In this document: piece by piece, positions 8,831 to 19,386 of the stretch
How positions within the stretch are numbered: position 1 is the stretch's first letter
How the letters are laid out: each line of letters starts with the position of its first letter
Source: Lachnospiraceae bacterium
Lineage (GTDB): Bacteria; Bacillota; Clostridia; Lachnospirales; Lachnospiraceae
Reading direction: 5' to 3'
Assembly: GCA_022790615.1 (NCBI GenBank)
Contig: JAAVXK010000036.1
Span: forward strand, 22,886-86,885
DNA: 64,000 bases
Position numbers and translations under genes: made by a program
Notes under the pieces: generated by a model
Database searches by the model: none
What the model was told of the DNA's origin: nothing
What the model saw: the letters and a program-made list of their open reading frames with translations, nothing else

Positions 8831-10138
8831 ATGTGGACTGACAACAGCGTATTTTACCAGATATACCCCCTCGGTTTCTGCGGAGCCCCATTTGAAAACG
8901 ACGGAATACCGGCAAGCCGTATAACAAAAGTTTTGGACTGGATTCCCCATATAAAAGAGCTCGGCGCCAACGCGGTATACTTCTCCCCGGTCTTTGAATC
9001 CGACACACACGGATATAACACGAGAGATTACAAAAAGATAGATACAAGACTCGGCACAAACGACGACTTCAGGGAGGTATGCGCGGCTCTTTCTGACAAT
9101 GGCATACGGGTCGTACTCGACGGTGTGTTTAATCACGTGGGCCGGGGTTTTTTTGCTTTTCGGGACGTGCTGGAAAATAGACATAATTCCCGCTACAAAG
9201 ACTGGTTTTTCATAGATTTCAACGGCAACTCAAACTACAACGACGGTCTTTGGTATGAGGGATGGGAAGGCAATTATGACCTTGTCAAACTCAATCTGAG
9301 AAATGAGGAAGTAATATCCCACATATTTGACGCAGTGAAATATTGGATAAATGCGTTTGGTATAGACGGACTCCGGCTTGATGTGGCATACTGCCTCGAC
9401 ATGGACTTTTTAAAAAGGCTCCGTGGCTTCTGCAGTCAGCTGAAACCGGATTTTGTCCTTATAGGCGAACTCCTGCACGGCGATTACAACCGGTTCGTCA
9501 ATGATGAAATGCTTCACAGCTGCACCAATTACGAATGCTACAAAGGCCTGTACTCAAGCTTTAATTCTATGAATATGTTTGAAATCGTCCACTCGCTGCT
9601 TCGACAGTTCGGCCCTGAAAACTGGACTCTCTACAGGGGAAAGCACCTTTTGTGCTTTGTCGACAACCACGACGTATCACGTATCGCGAGCAGCTTAAGC
9701 AATGAAAACCATTTAAAGCCAATCTATGCAATGCTCTTTAGCATGCCTGGTATTCCATGTATATATTACGGCAGCGAATGGGGCGCAAAAGCTGATAAGA
9801 GCGAGGGAGACCCTGCCTTACGCGCCTGTTTTCCGCTTCCGCTTCGCAATGAACTCACAGAGTATATATCCATCCTCGCAAACGCCCACAAGAACAGCGA
9901 CGCGCTATGCAACGGAGATTTTTACTCAAAAGTCCTTCAAAATAAACATTGCGTATTTGAGCGCAACTGCGGTCATGAGCGCGTCTACGCCGCCATAAAT
10001 GCCGACGCCGAAGCTGTGTCCGTTTCATTTGACGCAGGCGCCGACAAGCTCGTCGACCTTATTACGGACAGAGAATATGATTTTAACGGAAATATAACAA
10101 TTCCCGCCTACAGCGCACTGTACCTGAAAGCTTTATAA
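8831..10138 (+). CDS. GH13 alpha-amylase-family glycosidase (cyclomaltodextrinase/neopullulanase-like)
   Basis: Conserved regions DGVFNH, GLRLDVA, GELLHG, FVDNHD. Confidence 0.93.
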   Translation: MWTDNSVFYQIYPLGFCGAPFENDGIPASRITKVLDWIPHIKELGANAVYFSPVFESDTHGYNTRDYKKIDTRLGTNDDFREVCAALSDNGIRVVLDGVFNHVGRGFFAFRDVLENRHNSRYKDWFFIDFNGNSNYNDGLWYEGWEGNYDLVKLNLRNEEVISHIFDAVKYWINAFGIDGLRLDVAYCLDMDFLKRLRGFCSQLKPDFVLIGELLHGDYNRFVNDEMLHSCTNYECYKGLYSSFNSMNMFEIVHSLLRQFGPENWTLYRGKHLLCFVDNHDVSRIASSLSNENHLKPIYAMLFSMPGIPCIYYGSEWGAKADKSEGDPALRACFPLPLRNELTEYISILANAHKNSDALCNGDFYSKVLQNKHCVFERNCGHERVYAAINADAEAVSVSFDAGADKLVDLITDREYDFNGNITIPAYSALYLKAL

Positions 10139-10156
10139 TGCTTTCGGGTACAGTGC
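10115..10156. terminator. 17-bp hairpin at end of GH13 gene
   Basis: GCACTGTACCTGAAAGC / GCTTTCGGGTACAGTGC between convergent GH13 and glnA; no clear U tract. Confidence 0.5.
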
Positions 10157-10322
10157 ACTGTAAGCAGCATATTATACTGCGCCGGGCGCGTGTTGCGAAT
10201 GCAGCAACTACTTATCGCGCAAGTGCGCATCTTTAGCAGAGCGCTTTTTAAATAATATGGGCCGACCAATGTCAGCTCATATCAAATCGTTTGATTCTTA
10301 TTATACGTCGTATATTTTCGCA

Positions 10323-11762
10323 TTACAGGTCGTAATACATCTTGAACTCTGCCGGATTCGGAATCTGCTCCATCTTCTTTAACTCCGCGCGCTTCCTGTC
10401 AATCCATATATCAATAAGACGCTGTGGGAATACCCCGCCCTTCGTGAGATATTCATGGTCGTTCTCAAGTGCGGTAAGAGCCTCTCCAAGCGATTTAGGA
10501 AGTCCCTTTATCTTCTTCTGTTCCTCCTCAGACAATGTATAGAGATTGAAATCATACGGTCCCCATCCCTCTTTCGCCGGGTCAATCTTCTTCTCGATTC
10601 CGTCAAGACCCGCCATAAGTATAGCCGAATAAGCAAAATACGGATTCGCTGTCGCATCAGGATTGCGAAGCTCGAACCGCTTTGCCTCCGGCGTCTTAGC
10701 GTATGCAGGAATTCTTATTACAGCGCTTCGGTTAGACGTAGCATAGCCGACCGTTACAGGAGCCTCAAAGCCCGGCACAAGACGCTTGAACGAATTCGTC
10801 GAAGGGTTGGTAAATGCGCACAGAGACGATATATGCGAAAGCAGTCCGCCGATAAAATAATGCGCTGTGCGGCTCAGTCCCGAATAACCGTCTTCGTCAT
10901 AGAATACAGGTTTTCCATCCTTAGTAAGAAGCATATGTACATGCAGTCCGTTGCCGGCCTCCTGATATATAGGCTTTGGCATAAATGTCGCGGTCTGTCC
11001 CTCCTGCGCCGCCATATTTTTAATGATATATTTTGTAATCATTGTATTATCCGCCATCTGAGGCATGTCTGCAAGCTCTACTTCTATCTCCATCTGTCCC
11101 GGACCGCCCACTTCATGGTGGTGGTACTTCACACGTATTCCCCAGTCTTCCATCATCATGCACATACGGCTTCTAAGGTCGTATCCCACATCCTGCGGAG
11201 CCGCTATGTGATAGCCGCCCTGGTAAGGCACCTCGTAGCCGTTGTTGCCCATTGTGTCCAGCCGGCAGTTCCAGTCGGCCTGCCTGGTATCTATACTGTA
11301 TCCGCACTGTTCCGGCGTAACCTCATAACGCGCGCTGTCAAAAAGATAAAATTCAAACTCCGGTCCGATAATCATCCTGTCGGCAATTCCGGTCTCTTTC
11401 ATATATTCTACCGCGCGCAGGCTTACATTTTTAGGATACTGGTCAAAAGGCTTATTCTCTCCTTTTCCTATCGTGCACACATTCCCGCACATAGTCAGTG
11501 TAGGAACAGCCGCAAATGGGTCTACATAAGCGGTATCAGGGTCCGGAAGAAATACCATATCGCTCTTCTCCACTGGAGCATATCCGTAATTGGAACCGTC
11601 AAACCCAATCCCCTGCGTAAACGTACTCTCTCCAAACCTCTCAACCGGAATTGTAATATGCCTCCATCGTCCGTCAATATCCGTCATCTTAAAGTCAATC
11701 ATGCGGATATCCTTTTCCTCACAAAGTTTCTTAATTTCCTCAATTTTGTTTTCGCTGCTCAT
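10323..11762 (-). CDS. glnA: glutamine synthetase type I
   Basis: FDGS, GPEFEF, HHEV, TFMPKP, GNGLHVH, NRSAVIRIP and RFELRNPD motifs; start moved to ATG 11762 after GGAAGGAG. Confidence 0.96.
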   Translation of the reverse strand: MSSENKIEEIKKLCEEKDIRMIDFKMTDIDGRWRHITIPVERFGESTFTQGIGFDGSNYGYAPVEKSDMVFLPDPDTAYVDPFAAVPTLTMCGNVCTIGKGENKPFDQYPKNVSLRAVEYMKETGIADRMIIGPEFEFYLFDSARYEVTPEQCGYSIDTRQADWNCRLDTMGNNGYEVPYQGGYHIAAPQDVGYDLRSRMCMMMEDWGIRVKYHHHEVGGPGQMEIEVELADMPQMADNTMITKYIIKNMAAQEGQTATFMPKPIYQEAGNGLHVHMLLTKDGKPVFYDEDGYSGLSRTAHYFIGGLLSHISSLCAFTNPSTNSFKRLVPGFEAPVTVGYATSNRSAVIRIPAYAKTPEAKRFELRNPDATANPYFAYSAILMAGLDGIEKKIDPAKEGWGPYDFNLYTLSEEEQKKIKGLPKSLGEALTALENDHEYLTKGGVFPQRLIDIWIDRKRAELKKMEQIPNPAEFKMYYDL

Positions 11763-11810
11763 AAATATTCTCCTTCCTCTTAATGCTTTCGCATTATTTA
11801 CAATATTTAC

Positions 11811-11839
11811 ATTATACACGCAAACACCCTAAATTTCAA
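11811..11839 (-). promoter_or_regulatory. sigA-type promoter of glnA
   Basis: TTGAAA-17-TATAAT on minus strand. Confidence 0.65.
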
Positions 11840-11927
11840 TGTATTCGCCTCAACAAGTCAGGGCAGTTCAAAAAAACAATTTTAATTACAATTTTTAGCG
11901 ATTGCCCCGTTAATGTGGAGAATTGTA

Positions 11928-11956
11928 TTGTAAATGTTGCACGCAAATGGTATAAT
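11928..11956 (+). promoter_or_regulatory. sigA-type promoter (extended -10) of RHH/methyltransferase unit
   Basis: TTGTAA-17-(TGG)TATAAT. Confidence 0.65.
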
Positions 11957-11979
11957 GTGACGCATAGGAGGGGTCTGGA

Positions 11980-12153
11980 ATGAACAAAACGATTTCGATG
12001 AGCATAAGAGTTAGTGAAGAAGAATTGGATACGCTAAAGCTGGCTGCAAGAATAGAGGCTTACGCATCATACAGCGAATTTATCAGAAGAACGGCACTCA
12101 AAGAGGCTTCCAAGGTCATAAAAAAGAATAACCAACAGAGTAAGCATTTGTAA
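11980..12153 (+). CDS. 57-aa ribbon-helix-helix protein (DUF1778-like), probable controller of the R-M gene
   Basis: Below ORF-track cutoff. MNKTISMSIRVSEEELDTLKLAARIEAYASYSEFIRRTALKEASKVIKKNNQQSKHL; AGGAGG RBS; next gene's AAGGAGG RBS follows its stop. Confidence 0.85.
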   Translation: MNKTISMSIRVSEEELDTLKLAARIEAYASYSEFIRRTALKEASKVIKKNNQQSKHL

Positions 12154-12167
12154 AAGGAGGCTGTACG

Positions 12168-14137
12168 ATGGCGGAAAAGAATGAACGGTATGCAGAAGAA
12201 TTAGTAAAAAGGGAAATGAAAATCAAAAAATCATATAGTCTTGACGCAATACGGTCAACGGCTGCGAATATGCATAATTCGTTACGGATTAACAAAATGA
12301 CTGAAAAGCTAAAGCCTTTGTTTGTTGCAGGAATTTTATTGGCGTTACAAGATGAAGATTTTTGTAATGATTATGATAAGTTAACAAGTTTTTCGTCTTT
12401 AATGAACAGTTGTTGTACAGCAATTGAGAATGTATTGGATGATGGTGAAATAGATAATAGAAAAATACAGGAAATAAAACATAAATTCAAAGAAATTGAT
12501 TCGGTTATAAAATTGAAAGCAACCCCGCTTCATGAGGATAACTCGTTGAGATGGTACATACAGCAATTAGAAATGAAAGTGAAGCCGATGATGGATTATG
12601 TTGGTAATACAGTAGATGCACTAGGTGTGTTTTATCATGAATTTATAAGCTATTCATCCGGTGATGGCAATTCACTGGGAATCGTTTTGACACCGCAGCA
12701 TCTAACAGAATTTATGGCGGAACTTATTAATGTTGACAAGAACTCGAAAGTTGTAGATATCTGTTGTGGGAGCGGAGCCTTTTTAGTAACATCAATGGGT
12801 ATAATGTTTAAACAGGCGGCCAGTGATAAAGAGATAGAATATATTAGAAAAAACAATCTGTATGGCATAGAGCAAAACTCGGATATTCATACTCTGGCTT
12901 TAGCCAATATGATTATAAGGAAAGATGGTAAATCACATATTATACATGGAGATTGTTTTGATAAAACATCAATCGATAAATTAAAAATCTAAAGGATACG
13001 GAAGGAAAGCCTATTGTTTTAAATAAGGGATTACTTAATCCGCCCTATTCGCAAAAAGACCATGTGGAATTAGAATTTGTAGAACGTGGATTAAGCGTTT
13101 TATGCCAGGGCGGCGAATTAGCGGTAGTATGCCCAATGAGCTGCGCGATAGGGACGAAATTTAAAAATGAACGCGCCCGATTGATGCGCAAGCATACTTT
13201 GAAAGCAGTTTTTTCTATGCCGGATGACATTTTTTATGGAAATAATGCTTCAACAAATGTTTGTGTAATGGTGTGGGAAGCAGGAAAACCTCATGATTCT
13301 TCCGTATCAACATTTTTCGGCTATTGTAAGGACGATGGTTTTGTAAAAAGAAAAAAACTTGGGAGAATTGATGCGCTTGGAAAATGGGAAAGTATAAAAG
13401 CGGAGTGGCTTCGATTTTATCGTGAAAAAGAGGAAAGAGAGGGTATATCAACGAAAGCCAAAGTAAAAGACTCCGACGAATGGTTGTGCGAGGCATATAT
13501 GAAAACAGATTTTTCGAAATTGACAGATGATGATTTTGAAAAATCAATATTAGAATACCTTTCTTACGAAATTAAGAACAATCCGCAACGCGTTTTTATG
13601 AAACCGGAAGAAAAAACAGCAGCAAAAAAAATCAAGAAAAAAGTTATTTATGAGGAGTTCAAAGTAGAAGATATATTTAACATACAAAATGGAAAAGGTG
13701 TGACGAAAGAAGAGATAGCAGGTTTTCCGGGAGAGATTGAAGCAATACAAAGCGGCGCGGACAATAATGCAGTATTAGGCAAATTAGATGAAGATTATTG
13801 TATACAATCCGGTTATAAAATTATTACAGAGCAATGTCTGAGCGTTGCACGTTCCGGAACATCCGGTTATGTTGCGTATCATGAAACCCCTTGTGTCATT
13901 GGAGATTCTGCTAAGGCATTGTTGTTAAAAGACAAAAAAAAGGCGTCGATATACGTCTATATTTATTTGCGGACTGTGTTAATGGCTAATAAATATAAAT
14001 ACGCATATGGAAGAAAGGTCACGGAAAAAAAATATTATAAAGATACGATTGTTTTACCGGTAATCCGAAACGGCGCACCGGACTGGAAATATATGGAGGA
14101 ATATATCAGGCAATTGCCTTATGGCGCCAGATTATAA
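12168..14137 (+). pseudogene. Type IIG/BcgI-like N6-adenine methyltransferase fused to a specificity (TRD) domain; frameshifted at about 12983-12987
   Basis: ORF1 has LTPQH and motif I DICCGSGAFL. Motif IV NPPY (13037-13048) is in the frame of ORF2, upstream of its called start. One extra A in TTAAAAATC joins them (KLKNLKDTEGKPIVLNKGLLNPPYSQ). C-terminus is S-subunit-like (KYAYGRK...PDWKYMEEYI). Confidence 0.85.
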
Positions 14138-14338
14138 TATATATCACTCATGGGACTGACCGATTTTTCAAGCGGTTTTGGCACATTTGTATGCTTTTGG
14201 CGGCAGGAAGGCCGGATAAGGACAAAATAATAAATTTGGAAACCGTTAGTATTGACATACGCCCACCTTAAGATATATCATATTATATGCGTACATTAAC
14301 TTATATACAGATTACTAATAATAAGGGAGTTAACATAT

Positions 14339-14785
14339 ATGACAAGTTCATCACAGTCACATATTATTGCAAAAATCATGACATATGACACATCCTATAA
14401 TAAATCATACGATATGTCAGCCATCAATGAATATGAGAGAACATACGAGGTATGCAATGAGAATACCGTATGCATGTTTAGCGGTAATGTTATAAAGCTA
14501 AACACATACAGCCTAAAGGAGCCTTTCATCGTGAACAACCACGACAGCGAATTCTGCCAGACGCTCGAAAAGCTCCGGTTAGAACACGCAGTCGTGGCTG
14601 AGCAGGATGATTCTTACGACGATGGTTCCGCATACGATTCCGATACAAACCTGTCAGAAGATGATACCGCCGCAAGACTTCTTACGGACGCCGAATACTC
14701 ATATGCGGATTCGCCGGATACAGATTCCGGCGATTATGGTTACGCCGCTGACGATTCTGAAATGCTTCCGGATGATGAATACTAA
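14339..14785 (+). CDS. hypothetical protein with Asp/Ser/Tyr-rich acidic tail
   Basis: 148-aa ORF with AAGGGAG RBS and upstream TTGACA-18-TATCAT. Confidence 0.7.
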   Translation: MTSSSQSHIIAKIMTYDTSYNKSYDMSAINEYERTYEVCNENTVCMFSGNVIKLNTYSLKEPFIVNNHDSEFCQTLEKLRLEHAVVAEQDDSYDDGSAYDSDTNLSEDDTAARLLTDAEYSYADSPDTDSGDYGYAADDSEMLPDDEY

Positions 14786-14850
14786 ATATTCACATCATTA
14801 TATTACCCCATGTCCTTTGGACATGGCGGCCCACCGCCGACTATATAACT

Positions 14851-16989
14851 TTACAATACCATACTAAGCTGTATTCTTTTCTTTTCAATATCTATACCAA
14901 TAACTTTTACTTCGACTATATCGCCGACACTTACAACTTCAAGCGGATGCTTGACAAACTTTTTGTCTGTGAGCTTTGATATATGTACCAATCCGTCCTG
15001 ATGGACTCCAATGTCGACAAATGCGCCAAAGTCAATTACATTTCTTACGGTTCCTTTCAGAATCATACCCTCAGTAAGGTCTTTCATATCGAGCACGTCC
15101 GTGCGCAAGACCGGCTTTGGCAGGTCCTCCCTCGGGTCTCTTCCGGGTTTTTCAAGCTCTTTTATAATATCGGTCAGCGTCTCTTTTCCAACAGCAAGCT
15201 CGTCCGCAAGCCTGTCGCGGTCTTTTGCCAGCAGAGACAGGCCTGTAAGTCCGCCCGAAAGTTCGGACAGACTGAATCCGAGCTTTGTTATAAGCTTTTT
15301 TGCCGCCTCATACGATTCCGGATGTACGCTTGTCGTATCAAGAGGATTATCCCCGTCCGATATCCTTAAAAATCCGGCGCACTGCTCGTAAGCCTTTGGC
15401 CCTAACTTTGCAACTTTAAGAAGCTGTTTTCTGTTCGAAAACTTTCCGTTATCCTCCCTGTACGTCACTATATTTTTCGCAATTGTCTTAGAAATACCCG
15501 AAACGTAGCCGAGCAGAGCCGCGGAAGCCGTATTTACGTCGACGCCTACGCTGTTAACGCAGTCCTCGACCACTCCGCCAAGCGCCTCGCCAAGCTTTTT
15601 CTGGTTCATGTCATGCTGGTACTGTCCGACTCCTATAGACTTCGGTTCTATCTTCACAAGCTCGGCAAGCGGGTCCTGTATTCTTCTCGCAATAGAAGTC
15701 GCGCTCCTCTGTCCCACGTCAAAATTAGGAAATTCTTCCGTGGCAAGCTTGCTTGCGGAGTATACGGAGGCCCCGGCTTCATTTACTATAACGTACGACA
15801 CGCCTGGAATATCTTTTAATATGTTCACTATTATCTGCTCAGACTCCCTTGACGCCGTCCCGTTTCCAACAGAAATAAGTGTGATATTATACTTTTTAAT
15901 AAGGTTTTTCACTACTTTCTCAGTCTCCGCGACCTTATTCTGAGGCTCAGTAGGATATACAACCGTCGTATCAAGCACCTTTCCGGTCTCGTCGACTACG
16001 GAAAGCTTACAGCCGGTACGAAATGCAGGGTCCCATCCAAGAACAACCTTTCCTGCTATAGGCGGCTGCATAAGGAGTTGTTTCAGATTCTTGCCAAATA
16101 CGGTTATCGCGCCGTCCTCCGCCATTTCCGTAAGCTCGTTCCTTATCTCCCTCTCAACCGCAGGGGCTATAAGCCTTGCATAGCTGTCCTCAATCGCCGC
16201 CATAAGGTACGGCGTAGTTTTGGGATTGTCCTTTACTATCATCTGCTTAGCAAGATACCTTACGATCTTCTCAGATTCCATATTGACTTTGACGGTAAGA
16301 AATTTTTCTTTCTCACCACGGTTTATGGCAAGAACCTTATATCCGCTCAGACGCGATACCGGCTCGCTGAAATCATAGTAATTCTCATATACGCTCTTCT
16401 CCTCCATATCCTTTGCGGATGATACAAGCGCGCCGTCCCTCTTTGTCATTCTTCTTATCTCTATTCTGTAGTCGGCCTCGTCGGAAATCGCTTCCGCGAT
16501 TATGTCGGACGCCCCTGCTATCGCCTCGTCCACGGTGTACACTTCCTTTTCCTCATCTATGTACGCCTTTGCTTCCTCCTCTATATCCTTATCCGTAACC
16601 TGAAGCCTTATAATATCGGCAAGCCCCTCAAGTCCCTTTTCTTTTGCCACCGTAGCCCTCGTTCTCCTCTTAGGCCTGTACGGCCTATAAAGGTCGTCCA
16701 CGACAACCTGCGTCTTCGCATCAAGTATCTTCTTTCGCAATTCGTCTGTCATGAGCCCCTGTTCCTCAATCGACGCTATAACAGTATTCTTCTTATCTTC
16801 CAGATTGCGGATATATGTAAGCCTTTCGCTCAGATTACGCAGCTGCTCGTCGTCAAGCGAGCCGTGCTTTTCCTTTCTGTACCTCGCAATAAAGGGTATC
16901 GTATTTCCCTCGTCAATAAGCTCAATTACAGCCTCCACCTGCCATAAATGAATACCAAGCTCGTCCTTAATCTGTTCTGCTATATTCAT
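14851..16989 (-). CDS. tex: Tex-family RNA-binding transcriptional accessory protein
   Basis: TIPFIARYRKE, DPAFRTGCK, NEAGASVYSAS, HhH region, C-terminal S1 domain (FGAFVDIGVHQDGLVHIS). Confidence 0.96.
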   Translation of the reverse strand: MNIAEQIKDELGIHLWQVEAVIELIDEGNTIPFIARYRKEKHGSLDDEQLRNLSERLTYIRNLEDKKNTVIASIEEQGLMTDELRKKILDAKTQVVVDDLYRPYRPKRRTRATVAKEKGLEGLADIIRLQVTDKDIEEEAKAYIDEEKEVYTVDEAIAGASDIIAEAISDEADYRIEIRRMTKRDGALVSSAKDMEEKSVYENYYDFSEPVSRLSGYKVLAINRGEKEKFLTVKVNMESEKIVRYLAKQMIVKDNPKTTPYLMAAIEDSYARLIAPAVEREIRNELTEMAEDGAITVFGKNLKQLLMQPPIAGKVVLGWDPAFRTGCKLSVVDETGKVLDTTVVYPTEPQNKVAETEKVVKNLIKKYNITLISVGNGTASRESEQIIVNILKDIPGVSYVIVNEAGASVYSASKLATEEFPNFDVGQRSATSIARRIQDPLAELVKIEPKSIGVGQYQHDMNQKKLGEALGGVVEDCVNSVGVDVNTASAALLGYVSGISKTIAKNIVTYREDNGKFSNRKQLLKVAKLGPKAYEQCAGFLRISDGDNPLDTTSVHPESYEAAKKLITKLGFSLSELSGGLTGLSLLAKDRDRLADELAVGKETLTDIIKELEKPGRDPREDLPKPVLRTDVLDMKDLTEGMILKGTVRNVIDFGAFVDIGVHQDGLVHISKLTDKKFVKHPLEVVSVGDIVEVKVIGIDIEKKRIQLSMVL

Positions 16990-17060
16990 TTTAATTACGC
17001 ACTCCTTAAAACTTTTTAATCGAATTCCACATCATACGGACCGGATATAACATACTGCAC

Positions 17061-19355
17061 TCACAAAATCACGTCGCATGAAACCCGCAAATCTTTAACT
17101 GAGCGGCCCGCGCTTATCGTATATTTGCCGGAATCGGCCCGGAACGTCCCGTCTGACACAGAATAATATGCAAATGCATTTCTGTCAAGCTTTATCGTAA
17201 CGGACCTGCACTCCCCGGGTTCAAGCCCTACTTTCTTAAATCCTTTCAGCTCAAGCGCGGGCCTGTCAATGACAGGGTCATGTGCGCTTACATAGACTTC
17301 AGCAGTCTCTTTTCCAAACACGGAGCCCGTATTGGTAATCTCAAACGTCACCTCGAAAGCGTCCTCATCTTTACATTTTACTGCTTTGATATTGCCATAT
17401 TCAAATGTCGTGTACGACAGCCCGTGTCCGAACGGAAACAGCACGTCGATATTGCGGGTTGAATAATGCCTGTAACCGACGTATATTCCCTCGGAATACG
17501 AACACGTTATACCACCGTCCCCATCGTATGTTCCGGGATATTCGCCTATGCCGTGCGCAGGGCAGTCTGAAAGTCTGAAAGGAAATGATACGGGCAGCTT
17601 TCCGGACGGATTGACGTCGCCAAATATTACTTCGGCAAGCGCAAGACCTGCCTGCATACCGTTCATGCTGTTCCATAAAATTGCCGGCGCATTTTTTTCA
17701 AAAGCCGACATGTCAACTGCAGAGCCAGACAGGATTGAAACTACAGTATTCGGATTAGCCGCGAGCAATGCGTTTATTACTTCCGCCTGCTTATATGGCA
17801 GCTCATACGACGTCCTGTCAAACCCTTCCGTATCGTAAGCCCGGTTAAGTCCTCCGACGTATATAACCGCGTCGCACTCCCTTGCAAGGGCAACCGCCTC
17901 CTCAAGGTACTGTCTGCGGAGCTTTTCGATACTTCCTGTCTCCTCCCCGTTGCTAATCTTATCAGCACAGCCTGGCTTTTCCTCACAGCTAATCTTATCA
18001 ACACAGCCAGAGTTATCGTTATCTGCCTGATCCGTTCCGGATGCTTCATTGTCATTTCCCTCACCCTGCACGCCGGCTGTGTCTCCTGTTCTGTCGGCAG
18101 GCGCGTCAAGGCTGTTTGCCTGCCAGTCAACCTCGCCGACAACATGTTCCTCGTTGTCGACATAATAGCCTTTCGCATATTTTACGACCGTCCTGCTGCC
18201 GGTCACCATATTAATTCCCATGAGCGGGGTAATCTCAAACAACGGTTTTATCTCGGAGCTTCCGCCGCCGTGGGCAAGCTTTCTTACGGCCGCGTCTCCT
18301 ATGACTGCGATTGTCTCACATTTATCAGCGTTAAGCGGCAGAATGCCTCTCTCATTCTTTAAAAGCACAACCCCCTCGCGGGCCGCGTCAAGCATCACAG
18401 TATGGTGTTCAGGAAGATTATATCCTCCCTTATTCCTCTCGCCGTCGTACAGCCTGATTCGTTTCTGCAGCCGCAGAATACGCGCTACCTTGTCGTCTAT
18501 AACGTCCTCCGCGATATCACCGGCACGCACGGCTTCCTTCAGAGCGTCGGCAAAGAAGTATTCGTCAAAATTATTCGTCACGCTCATCTCAAGGTCCGTG
18601 CCGGCAAGCGCTACTGCAGCCGTGCTGTGTACGGCTCCCCAGTCGGATATGACGACCCCGTCGTATCCCCATTGTTCTTTTAATATATCGTTCAATAGTT
18701 TCGGATTTTCGCTTGCATACAGTCCGTTTATCTTGTTATAGGAGCACATGACCGAATAAGCCCCGCCCTCCTCCACGGCCGTCTTAAATGCCGGAAGATA
18801 GAGTTCATGCAGCGTCCTCTCATCAACGCGCACGTCAACTTTCATGCGCTCTTTCTCCTGGTTGTTGAGCGCAAAATGCTTGACACAGACGGCGACGTTC
18901 TGACTCTGCACGCCCTGAATCTCAGCGGCCGCCATCTTACCCGCCAGACAAGGGTCCTCGCTCATATATTCAAAATTGCGCCCGCACAGCGGCGTGCGCA
19001 CTATATTGATTCCGGGCGCAAGAATAACCTGCTTTCCGCGCCCGCACGCCTCGTTTCCAAGAACCTCGCCAAGGCGCGCGGCTATATCCTCATTCCACGT
19101 GGACGCCATCGCCGCGCCGGACGGCAGCCATGACACATAACACATAGGTTCGTCAACCTGAACCCACTCGTCGTCCTTATGGTCAAATCTCACCCCGCAC
19201 GGCCCGTCAGACATTACAAGCGGCTGTATTCCAAGCCTGTCAATCCCTTTATTCTTGAATAACGCCGCGCCGTGAATGAATCCAATCTTTTCATCGAGCG
19301 TCATGGCGCTTATTTTATTCTCAATCCATTTCTCCATATCGGCATCGTGATACAT
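17061..19355 (-). CDS. GH3 beta-glucosidase/xylosidase
   Basis: SDGPCGVR, GRNFEYMSEDP, KHFALN, nucleophile VISDWG, TEGFDR, FPFGHGLSYT, FnIII-like C-terminus. Confidence 0.95.
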   Translation of the reverse strand: MYHDADMEKWIENKISAMTLDEKIGFIHGAALFKNKGIDRLGIQPLVMSDGPCGVRFDHKDDEWVQVDEPMCYVSWLPSGAAMASTWNEDIAARLGEVLGNEACGRGKQVILAPGINIVRTPLCGRNFEYMSEDPCLAGKMAAAEIQGVQSQNVAVCVKHFALNNQEKERMKVDVRVDERTLHELYLPAFKTAVEEGGAYSVMCSYNKINGLYASENPKLLNDILKEQWGYDGVVISDWGAVHSTAAVALAGTDLEMSVTNNFDEYFFADALKEAVRAGDIAEDVIDDKVARILRLQKRIRLYDGERNKGGYNLPEHHTVMLDAAREGVVLLKNERGILPLNADKCETIAVIGDAAVRKLAHGGGSSEIKPLFEITPLMGINMVTGSRTVVKYAKGYYVDNEEHVVGEVDWQANSLDAPADRTGDTAGVQGEGNDNEASGTDQADNDNSGCVDKISCEEKPGCADKISNGEETGSIEKLRRQYLEEAVALARECDAVIYVGGLNRAYDTEGFDRTSYELPYKQAEVINALLAANPNTVVSILSGSAVDMSAFEKNAPAILWNSMNGMQAGLALAEVIFGDVNPSGKLPVSFPFRLSDCPAHGIGEYPGTYDGDGGITCSYSEGIYVGYRHYSTRNIDVLFPFGHGLSYTTFEYGNIKAVKCKDEDAFEVTFEITNTGSVFGKETAEVYVSAHDPVIDRPALELKGFKKVGLEPGECRSVTIKLDRNAFAYYSVSDGTFRADSGKYTISAGRSVKDLRVSCDVIL
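17952..18008 (-). repeat. 36-nt-period duplication in GH3 insertion loop
   Basis: GCTAATCTTATCA(G/A)CACAGCC at 17952 and 17988; encodes GCVDKISCEEKP GCADKISNGEET. Confidence 0.7.
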
Positions 19356-19386
19356 AGTGTGCGTTCTCCTTTCAGATTTTTAAAAC

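Noticed and set aside
10455-11783. 442-aa ORF antisense to glnA, and similar long antisense ORFs over secA, valS, lysC and the giant gene
   Set aside because: Shadow frames of real genes, with no motifs.
11980-12153. RHH as a TacA-type antitoxin
   Set aside because: No GNAT toxin follows; the downstream gene is a DNA methyltransferase.
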